From Planctomycetaceae bacterium (GTDB lineage Bacteria > Planctomycetota > Phycisphaerae > Phycisphaerales > UBA1924), in the NCBI GenBank assembly GCA_021294835.1, contig JAJTDF010000007.1:6341-70340 (forward strand): 64,000 nucleotides of DNA, given 5' to 3'. The translations under genes were made by a program, and so were the position numbers. This document shows, piece by piece, positions 57,079-64,000 of this stretch. Numbering within the stretch: position 1 is the stretch's first letter; each line of letters opens with the position of its first letter. The notes under the pieces are model-generated. The model saw nothing but the letters and a program-made list of their open reading frames with translations. It did not search any database and was not told the DNA's origin.

Positions 57079-58458
57079 ATGAACAAGATCCGTTTGACCA
57101 ACCTGCCTGTCGTCGCTCTGCTTGCCGCCTGCGGCGGCGCTGCCTGCTTCAACGGCCAGGCCGCTGCCCAGGATGTCGTCGGTGCCGCCGGCGCCAACAT
57201 GGAGTACCTCGGCCCCGTTCTGCCCGATCAGCCCGAGGCGCCTCGCTCGCGCACTGAGAACGCCAAGCCCGAGGCCGTCGCGGCTCCCGCGAACGCCGAG
57301 TCCCGTGACTGGTTCGGCGGCAAGCCCTGGACCCAGTGGGAGAAGGCCTTCGGCGACATCGGTGGCGTCCGCACCGAACTGGCCAAGGTCGGCCTCGCCT
57401 TCAACATGTCCTACACCATGGACTGGCAGGGCGTCTGGTCCGGCGGCGTGAACAACCGCGCCTCCACCCGCCACCTGCTCGACGTGAACCTCGACTGGGA
57501 CCTCAGCAAGGTCGGCCTGAACGGCGGCCGCGCCTTCGCCGCGTACAACTGGGCCGACGGTCGCGCCATGGTTGAGGACCTCGGCGGCGACGAGCATTTG
57601 CTCTCCGGCATCGAGGCCCGCAGCCTCAGCCAGTTGGCCCAGCTCTGGTACCAGCAGTCGTTCTTTGATGACCGCTTGCGGATCAAGCTCGGCAAGATCG
57701 ACGTCAACTCCGAGTTCGGCTTCGTCAACGCCGCGTCAGAGTTCTTGACCGGCGACAGCGGCCTCTCGCCCACGTTCTTCTTCTTCCCCACCTATCCCGA
57801 CGCCGCCATGGGCGCCGTCGCCTTCGTTTACCCCACCGACAACCTCTACGCCGGCTTCGGCTTCTTTGACGGATCGCTCTCCGCCGGCATCCGCACCGGC
57901 GGCTATGGCCCGGCCAGCCTCTGGCGGGGTGATGAGTACTTCTACGTGGGCGAAGCCGGTCTGACCTGGGAAACCCTCGGCGCACTCGGCGGCGGCCGCC
58001 TGGCCGCCGGAGCCTTCTACCACACCGGCTCGTTCGCGACCTTCGCCGGCGGATCCGACAACGGCACCGGCGGGTTCTACGCCATCCTCGAGCAGCAACT
58101 CATCGCGACCAATACCGATGACGCCTCCCGAGGCCTCTTCGCGTACATCCGCGGTGGCACCGCCGACGAGGACGTTTCACTGACCGCCTGGAGCGTCGGC
58201 GGCGGCCTGAGCCTCCGGGGCACCTTCCCCGGTCGCGACAGCGACTCCGTCTCCGGCTTGTTCTCCGTCGCCGGCACGTCAAATGTCGCAGGCTCGCCGG
58301 CGGACCGCGACGAGATGGTCTTTGAGGTCAACTACCGGGCGCAGCTCACGCCGTGGTTCTCCATCCGCCCCACTCTGCAGTACCTGATGAATCCCGGCGG
58401 CCGGTCCGCCATTGACGACGCGGTCGTCGGTGGCGCTCGCTTCGAAGTGCGGTTCTGA
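57079..58458 (+). CDS. Carbohydrate-selective porin, OprB family
   Basis: ATG at 57079. Signal peptide MNKIRLTNLPVVALLAACGGAACFNGQAAAQ. Family-typical blocks: GG.R..L...G..F...YT.D..GV.SGG, L.QLWYQQSFFDDRLRIKLGKIDVNSEF, and the C-terminal beta-strand ending ...GARFEVRF. Confidence 0.8.
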   Translation: MNKIRLTNLPVVALLAACGGAACFNGQAAAQDVVGAAGANMEYLGPVLPDQPEAPRSRTENAKPEAVAAPANAESRDWFGGKPWTQWEKAFGDIGGVRTELAKVGLAFNMSYTMDWQGVWSGGVNNRASTRHLLDVNLDWDLSKVGLNGGRAFAAYNWADGRAMVEDLGGDEHLLSGIEARSLSQLAQLWYQQSFFDDRLRIKLGKIDVNSEFGFVNAASEFLTGDSGLSPTFFFFPTYPDAAMGAVAFVYPTDNLYAGFGFFDGSLSAGIRTGGYGPASLWRGDEYFYVGEAGLTWETLGALGGGRLAAGAFYHTGSFATFAGGSDNGTGGFYAILEQQLIATNTDDASRGLFAYIRGGTADEDVSLTAWSVGGGLSLRGTFPGRDSDSVSGLFSVAGTSNVAGSPADRDEMVFEVNYRAQLTPWFSIRPTLQYLMNPGGRSAIDDAVVGGARFEVRF

Positions 58459-58545
58459 TCCGGGCCGCCGCGGGTCGGCCGTCGGCCCCGGGCCACTTGC
58501 CTGAGCCGTTCGGTTTGTCGATCCGGCGTGGTTACCCTGCCGCCG

Positions 58546-59157
58546 ATGAACCACCGCGACGCCGTCGTGGAACTGCTCAGCTGCCGCACCGAGTTTGAGG
58601 CGGAAGCAATCGCCGCTGCTCTTCGCGCCCGCGAGATCACCGCCCAGGCTATGGGCGGCATGCTCACCGGGTTTCGCGCGGAGGCTCCGGCGATTGCTCG
58701 CGTCATGGTGCTCGCCGGCCAGTTTGAGCAGGCCCGGGCCGCTCTGGCCGAACTGCGGGCGCAGTCGGCTCAGAATGAGGCCGAGCCATCGCCGATCGAG
58801 GCTGAAGGCGGTTCGGCATCGGCCGTTCAGCCCGATCCCGTTCTCTCTTCTGCAGACCAGCCCACTGCCGATCAGGACGGCGACGGCGGCGCCCAGGCCG
58901 CCGGTCGCCGCCTGCCAGCCGTCACCGCCGGCGTGCTTGCGGTCCTGTTGGTGGTCGCTTCCAGCCTCGGGGTGCCGCCCGCGGTGCAAATGGCCGTCGG
59001 CATCGCTCTGCTGGTCGCCGTCGCCCTGCTGGTGAAGGACGTGCTGGCCGCCCGGTCTGATGCACCGCCCTCCGGCCCGGTTGATCCGTTCGGCGGATCC
59101 TCCGGCGACCCCTCCCCAGGGCCGTACCGCTTTCCATCTGAGCGACGGGACCGCTGA
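58546..59157 (+). CDS. DUF2007-like (putative signal-transducing) domain protein with C-terminal membrane helices
   Basis: ATG at 58546 (MNHRDAVVELL...). An N-terminal beta-alpha-beta-like segment of about 70 aa (VVELLSCRTEFEAEAIAAALRAREI.A...........ARVMVLAGQFEQARAAL) fits my memory of the DUF2007 pattern. An acidic linker follows, then two hydrophobic helices. Confidence 0.55.
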   Translation: MNHRDAVVELLSCRTEFEAEAIAAALRAREITAQAMGGMLTGFRAEAPAIARVMVLAGQFEQARAALAELRAQSAQNEAEPSPIEAEGGSASAVQPDPVLSSADQPTADQDGDGGAQAAGRRLPAVTAGVLAVLLVVASSLGVPPAVQMAVGIALLVAVALLVKDVLAARSDAPPSGPVDPFGGSSGDPSPGPYRFPSERRDR

Positions 59158-59273
59158 AGCGTTCGTTGCGCTGGGCCCGGCCCGCCGAAAACGCTGGGCG
59201 ACCGGCCTTCTTGGAGGTACACTCTCGCTGCCGAGATTCCATCGGCACGGTTCGCCTGCAAGGAAGCCTTTCT

Positions 59274-61331
59274 ATGTCGTTGCGCCTTCGTGACCGCTCG
59301 GCGGTGCTGGCCGTCGCCTTGTTCGCCGGTCCGGCGATGTCCGACCCGGTCGCCGCCATCGCCCAGCCGTCGATTGCCGGCGATCCACCCTCGGTCACCA
59401 TCACCCCCGGCGTGGACGTCGTCCTTCCTCCCGGTCAGGGGTTGCTCTTTGCCACCACCGTCCGCGCCCCCGGAGCCCCCTGGATGCGTCTGGAACTCTC
59501 CGGCACGCGACTGAATGCAGGCGACGGAGCCCTCTCCGGCGTCACCCTCCTTCTGCGCAGCGAACGCGACGGCGCCGTGCAGCAGCTTGATGAGTTCACT
59601 CTGGATCACTGGCTCGCTGGCTCCGCCTTCTTCAACGGCGAGGCGGTACACATTGAAGTCTGGGCCGAGGTGCCCGGCGATCAACCTGTCCGCCTTGCCG
59701 TGCCCCGGGCCTGGGCCGGTGTGGACCCCGGCCCTCGCGTCACCCCTGCGGATCTCTGCGCTGTCGATGACCGCCTGCCGTCGACCGACAACCGCATCGG
59801 ACGGCTTTCCGTCGGTTGCACCGGCAACGTCATCGACGACCGCAACCGGATGATGCTCACCGCCGGCCACTGCATCTCCTCCTCCAGCACCGGCGTGCTG
59901 CTGCTGTTCAACGTGCCGCTCTCCACTGCCACCGGGGCCATCCAGTTCCCCCCGCCCGACGACCAATACGCCGTCGAGCCGGCCTCCATCCAGTCCCAGT
60001 CCGGGGGCGTCGGTTCTGACTGGGCCTACTTCGGCACCTTCCCCAACAGCAACCACGGTCAGACACCCGCGCAGCGCTACGGGGCTTGGCTCACCGCCCT
60101 CGCCGCCGCTCCGGCGCCGGCTGCCGGCAACGCCATCCGCATCACCGGTTACGGTACCGTTGCCAGCCCCATCAGCCCGACCCTCAACGCCACCCAGCAA
60201 ACCAGCACCGGACCATACAACACCCTCAGCGGCACCCGCCTGCGTTACACCGTCGACACCACCGGCGGCAACTCCGGCTCGGCCGTCCTCCTGCTCCCCG
60301 GCGAGCAGGTCATCGGCATCCACACCCACGCCGGTTGCAACAGCGGAGGCAACCAGGGCACCGCCATGCAGCAGGCCTCGCTCCGGGCCGCGCTGGCAGC
60401 GCCGCGGGCCGTCTGCGCCTCCGGCAACGGCCAGGTCACCGGTGACCTGTTCGCCCTTGGCGACAACGCCAACAACTTCGGCACCCTCGCCCCGCTTCCC
60501 GCCGGCTTCGGTCGTGTCGCCCAAATCGGCAGCCGCTGGATCGCCCTCGACGGCGATCCGGCAGGCGGCTTCCTCGCCGTCGACCGCGTCCGCGGGCTCT
60601 TCTCCATCTCCGCTTCCGGTGCCGCCACCCCGCTGGGCAATGTCTCCGGCGCCGCCGGCGTCCCCGGAGGCCTCACCGTTTCCCCCGACGGGCAGACGCT
60701 CTTCGTCACCGTTCCCGCCACCGGCCAGTTGCTGGCCATCAACCGCGCCACGCTGACGGCCGCGGCCCGAGGTCCCGCCCGGGGCTCCACCGCGTTGCTG
60801 CGTGCCATCCAGTTCGATCCTGGTCGCAATCTCATCTGGGCCTTCGCGATTGACCCCGCCACGCCTGGTGTCACCTCATCGCGAGCCCTGATCGCCATTG
60901 ATCCCGCCACCGGCTCCACACTCTTCAGCGTTCCCGTCAACCGTCCCGGTGCCAGTGTGGCCGACCTTGCTCTGGAACCCGGCGGCGCTGCCCTGCTCGC
61001 CTTCGAGCCCGCCACCGCCACGCTGGTTCGCATCTCCCTGCCCGGCGGCGGGGTGACCTCCATTCAGGTCTCCAGCGGCAGTTGGGGCGCCGCCATGGGC
61101 CTTGCCTACCGCCCGCGTGCCTGCCCCGCGGATGTCGTATCCGTCGGCGGCCAGCCGCCCGCCGACGGCCTGCTCACCGGCGACGACTTCAACGCCTTCG
61201 TGACCGGCTTCGCCGCCGGCGAGGCCATCGCCGATGTCGCCGGAATCGGTGGGGCGCCCGGGGCTGACGGCTTCATCACCGGCGACGATTTCAACGCCTT
61301 CATCTCGTCATTCGCCGCAGGTTGCCCCTAA
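59274..61331 (+). CDS. Secreted trypsin-like (S1, V8/Glu-endopeptidase-like) serine protease with beta-propeller-like middle region and twin dockerin-like tail
   Basis: ATG at 59274 preceded by AAGGAAG. Signal-like AVLAVALFAGPAMS. Triad contexts LTAGHCI (His), GSDWAYF (Asp) and TGGNSGSAVL (Ser). Repeated segments of the type SPDGQTLFVTVPATGQLLAI. Tail at 61122-61331. Confidence 0.85.
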   Translation: MSLRLRDRSAVLAVALFAGPAMSDPVAAIAQPSIAGDPPSVTITPGVDVVLPPGQGLLFATTVRAPGAPWMRLELSGTRLNAGDGALSGVTLLLRSERDGAVQQLDEFTLDHWLAGSAFFNGEAVHIEVWAEVPGDQPVRLAVPRAWAGVDPGPRVTPADLCAVDDRLPSTDNRIGRLSVGCTGNVIDDRNRMMLTAGHCISSSSTGVLLLFNVPLSTATGAIQFPPPDDQYAVEPASIQSQSGGVGSDWAYFGTFPNSNHGQTPAQRYGAWLTALAAAPAPAAGNAIRITGYGTVASPISPTLNATQQTSTGPYNTLSGTRLRYTVDTTGGNSGSAVLLLPGEQVIGIHTHAGCNSGGNQGTAMQQASLRAALAAPRAVCASGNGQVTGDLFALGDNANNFGTLAPLPAGFGRVAQIGSRWIALDGDPAGGFLAVDRVRGLFSISASGAATPLGNVSGAAGVPGGLTVSPDGQTLFVTVPATGQLLAINRATLTAAARGPARGSTALLRAIQFDPGRNLIWAFAIDPATPGVTSSRALIAIDPATGSTLFSVPVNRPGASVADLALEPGGAALLAFEPATATLVRISLPGGGVTSIQVSSGSWGAAMGLAYRPRACPADVVSVGGQPPADGLLTGDDFNAFVTGFAAGEAIADVAGIGGAPGADGFITGDDFNAFISSFAAGCP
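61122..61331 (+). other. Twin dockerin-like C-terminal module (ADVVSVGGQPPADGLLTGDDFNAFVTGFA / ADVAGIGGAPGADGFITGDDFNAFISSFA) ending in AAGCP-stop
   Basis: Same two-copy module and same terminal GCP as in the S8 protease (25551-25768). Confidence 0.8.
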
Positions 61332-61339
61332 ACTGCCGC

Positions 61340-62131
61340 ATGAGCACCTCCGCAAGCAAGCCCCGTTCGATCGTGGGCGGAAACTGGAAGATGAACACCG
61401 ACAAGTCCTCCGCCTTCGCCCTCGCCCGGGCGGTGGCCCAGGGCGTTTCGCAGGCCCACCTCCACAGCCGGGTTGATGTCGCCGTTTTCCCGCCCTTCCC
61501 CTACCTGCTCCCCGTCGCCGAGGCCCTCGCCGCCTTCCCCGGCGCTGTCATGCTCGGCGCTCAGGACTGCTACATCGCCGACAAGGGCGCCTTCACCGGC
61601 GAGGTTTCCGTCCCCATGCTCAAGGACTGCGGGGTTCAGGCCGTTCTCGTTGGCCACTCCGAACGCCGCCACGTCATCCACGAGGGCGACGATCTCATCG
61701 AGGCCAAGGTTCAGGCCGTGCTGAACGCCGGCCTCACCTGCGTGCTCTGCGTTGGCGAGAAGCTCGAGCAGCGCGAAACCGGCCAGACCAACACCATCAA
61801 CGAGCGCCAGGTCCGCAACGGCCTCAAGCACGTCTCCGCTGACCTGCTCAAGCGCGTCGTCATCGCCTACGAGCCCGTCTGGGCCATCGGCACCGGCAAG
61901 ACCGCCACCCCCGCCGACGCCCAGTCCGCCCAGCACGCCATCCGCAACGTCCTGGCCGACATGTTCGGCGATCAGCCTGCCGCCGCCGTCCGCATCCAGT
62001 ACGGCGGCTCGATGAACGCCGCCAACGCCGCGTCGCTCATGGCCGAGGTCGATGTCAACGGCGGCCTCATCGGCGGCGCCTCGCTCAAGCCCGAGGACTT
62101 CCTCGCCATCATCAAAGCCGCCGCCCACTAA
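61340..62131 (+). CDS. tpiA: Triosephosphate isomerase
   Basis: Motifs GGNWKMN, GAQD......GAFTGEVS..ML.D.G...VLVGHSERR, AYEPVWAIGTGKTATP and YGGS......A..L......V.G.LIGGASL. ATG at 61340; the TTG at 61322 in the ORF track is less likely. Confidence 0.93.
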   Translation: MSTSASKPRSIVGGNWKMNTDKSSAFALARAVAQGVSQAHLHSRVDVAVFPPFPYLLPVAEALAAFPGAVMLGAQDCYIADKGAFTGEVSVPMLKDCGVQAVLVGHSERRHVIHEGDDLIEAKVQAVLNAGLTCVLCVGEKLEQRETGQTNTINERQVRNGLKHVSADLLKRVVIAYEPVWAIGTGKTATPADAQSAQHAIRNVLADMFGDQPAAAVRIQYGGSMNAANAASLMAEVDVNGGLIGGASLKPEDFLAIIKAAAH

Positions 62132-62185
62132 ACCCGCCGCGCTGCCGCAAGGCGCGTCATTGCCCCGCAAGGTCAGCCCATCCCC

Positions 62186-62833
62186 ATGAGCACCGCCGAC
62201 CAGACCGCCGATCCGGTTCCCGCTGCCGTCGCCGGCAGCCCCAGCACCGGCATGCTGTTGATCATCTCCGGCCCATCGGGCGTCGGAAAGACCACCATCA
62301 CCCACGCCGTTGAACGCGCCTTCCCCGACGCCTGCTTCTCCGTCTCCGCCACCACCCGCACCCGCACCTCGCAGGACCGTGACGGCGTGGACTACCACTT
62401 CATCTCCGACGCCATGTTCGACGAGATGGTCCGCGACGGCGCCTTCCTCGAGCACGCCGGCGTCTTCGGCAAGCGGTACGGCACGCCCCGCAAGTGGGTG
62501 GAGGACCAGCTCGCCATCGGTCGCCTGGTCATCCTCGAGATCGACGTGCAGGGCGCTCAGTCGGTCAAGAAGCTCCGACCCGATGCCTATGGGCTCTTCG
62601 TCCTCCCGCCTTCTGAGCAGGAACTGCTCACCCGCCTCCGCTCCCGGGGCCGCGATGACGAGGGCGCCATCCAGCGGCGTTTCTCCGCCGCCCAGCAGGA
62701 GATCTGGGTCGCCCAGCAGTGCAACGCCTACGACTGCTTCCTGGTCAACCGCGATCTCAACGAGGCCATCGCCTCCGCCATCGCCCTGGTCCGCGCCGTC
62801 CGCCAGACCCGCAGCGTTGCCGCCCGCGTCTGA
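62186..62833 (+). CDS. gmk: Guanylate kinase
   Basis: P-loop ISGPSGVGKTT, SATTR..R..E.DGVDY.F, FLE.A.V.G..YGT, EIDVQGA and RL..R......I..R. Confidence 0.92.
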   Translation: MSTADQTADPVPAAVAGSPSTGMLLIISGPSGVGKTTITHAVERAFPDACFSVSATTRTRTSQDRDGVDYHFISDAMFDEMVRDGAFLEHAGVFGKRYGTPRKWVEDQLAIGRLVILEIDVQGAQSVKKLRPDAYGLFVLPPSEQELLTRLRSRGRDDEGAIQRRFSAAQQEIWVAQQCNAYDCFLVNRDLNEAIASAIALVRAVRQTRSVAARV

Positions 62834-62845
62834 CCTTCGGCAGCG

Positions 62846-64000
62846 TCACCCCTCCGCCACCACCCGGTCCGCCGCCCGCCGCACCGCATCCCACACCGCC
62901 TCCGCGTGCGCCCACGTCAGCCCCGTGGAGCCCAGCGCCAGCCTGATCACCGCCGCCGGTGTCCCCGCCTGCGGACCCTCGACCAGCGGCCATGGCGCAA
63001 CCGTCGTCCCCAGAAACGTCCGGCCTTCGGCGTTCGCCAGCGCCACCAGCCGCCGGTTCGCCTCATCCGATCCCTTCAGCCGCATGCACAGCAGGCTCAG
63101 CCCGCCGCCGGTCAGCCGCCGGTCCGCCAACTCAAACCGCCCGTCGGCCGCGATCAACGCCTCCAGCCGCTCGGCGATCTCCACGTGCCCGCGGATGTAC
63201 CGCCGCAGCCCCTCGGTCCCGAAGCACTGCAGCACCAGATACAACTTCAGCGCCCGGAATCGCCTTCCCAGCGGCACCTGCCAGTCCCGGTAGTCAAACA
63301 CCGCCCCCGCCTCCGCGGCACTCGTCTGCAGATACGCCGGATTGATCGACAACGACCCGGTCAGGCTTGCCCGGTCCTGCGTCCACATCACGTCGCAGTC
63401 AAACCCTGTCAGCAGCCACTTGTGCGGGTTGAAGCACAGGCTGTCCGCGTGCTCCGCGCCGCGCATCATCCACCGGTGCTCCGGACATACCCACGCCGCC
63501 CCGGCGAACGCCGCGTCCGCGTGCAGCCAGACGCGGCGTGACGGCCCGTCAAACGCCCGCAACACCGGCCCGATCGCCGCCAGATTGTCCACCGCGCACG
63601 TCGAGGTCGTCCCCAGCGTGGCGCACACCAGCGCCGGCCGCCGACCGGCCGCCACATCCTCCCGCATCGCTGCCAGCAACGCCCCCGCGTCCATCCGCAA
63701 GGCGCCGTCGGTGTCAATCAGCCGCACATGGCGCTGATCCTCCACCCCGTCGGCGATCCCCGTCACCACCGCCGCCTTGGTGATCGACGAGTGAGACTGA
63801 TGGCTGGCGTACACCACCAGCCGGCCCTCCCGCCCTCCGTCCAGCCGCCGCAGCCGGTGCCTCGCCGCCACCATCGCCACCACCGCCGCATCGCTCGCCG
63901 TGCTCTGGATCACCCCGCCCCCGTTGCCCTCAAACGGCTTCGCGTCCGCCCCCGCCTCCAGAGCCTGTCCGGTCTGGCCGAAGCAGAAGGCCTCCGGCAG
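62846..64000 (-). CDS. Pyridoxal-dependent (group II, aromatic-L-amino-acid/tyrosine-type) decarboxylase; N-terminus beyond window end
   Basis: The frame remains open from 63913 to base 64000 (…GGGVIQSTASDA, the family GGGVIQ.SASEA block; the track's first residue is a GTG Val). PLP-lysine motif SLCFNPHKWLL. HADAAFAG, DYRDWQ.PLGRRFRALKL and the C-terminal small domain are present. Confidence 0.88.
   Translation of the reverse strand: MPEAFCFGQTGQALEAGADAKPFEGNGGGVIQSTASDAAVVAMVAARHRLRRLDGGREGRLVVYASHQSHSSITKAAVVTGIADGVEDQRHVRLIDTDGALRMDAGALLAAMREDVAAGRRPALVCATLGTTSTCAVDNLAAIGPVLRAFDGPSRRVWLHADAAFAGAAWVCPEHRWMMRGAEHADSLCFNPHKWLLTGFDCDVMWTQDRASLTGSLSINPAYLQTSAAEAGAVFDYRDWQVPLGRRFRALKLYLVLQCFGTEGLRRYIRGHVEIAERLEALIAADGRFELADRRLTGGGLSLLCMRLKGSDEANRRLVALANAEGRTFLGTTVAPWPLVEGPQAGTPAAVIRLALGSTGLTWAHAEAVWDAVRRAADRVVAEG

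Overview
This is a very GC-rich, gene-dense bacterial chromosomal segment. GC content was judged by eye, not computed. I call 38 protein-coding genes plus one disrupted gene. I recognised no rRNA, tRNA, CRISPR array or IS/transposase.

Several signatures suggest a Planctomycetota (Phycisphaerae-like) organism, as inference only: an LExLExRxLLS-type N-terminus, C-terminal twin GDDFNAF dockerin-like modules ending in GCP, a GT3 glycogen synthase, and frequent Gly/Ala/Pro low-complexity inserts.

Left part: purT (5' truncated), an orphan MacB-type ABC ATPase, an MFS transporter, nrdR and a CoA-transferase A subunit. A minus-strand methylmalonyl-CoA block follows: mutA-mutB-meaB, then mce, a carboxyltransferase, a small ORF and a BCCP-like protein without a biotinyl lysine.

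Middle: dinB, a 1625-aa secreted cyclophilin plus repeat protein, and 3-hydroxyanthranilate dioxygenase. An accessory-looking block follows (about 22.5-38.2 kb). It holds an S8 protease with a dockerin-like tail, a collagen-like/tail-fibre-like protein, and a tandem array of four paralogous 650-665 aa membrane zinc-ribbon proteins plus a fifth truncated relative. Several members end in a pseudopilin (GspG)-like motif but lack a prepilin leader. This array is the most novel-looking element in the window.

Right part: a PurS-PurS-PurL fusion, a GT3 glycogen synthase, and a TolC / ABC-2 / methyltransferase operon. Then a GH35 beta-galactosidase, a PDZ protein, and a gnd gene disrupted by an internal deletion plus frameshift. 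Then an OprB porin, a DUF2007-like protein, an S1 protease with the same dockerin-like tail, tpiA, gmk and a PLP decarboxylase cut by the window end.

Many long ORFs in the six-frame track are antisense or out-of-frame artefacts of the high GC content and were rejected.
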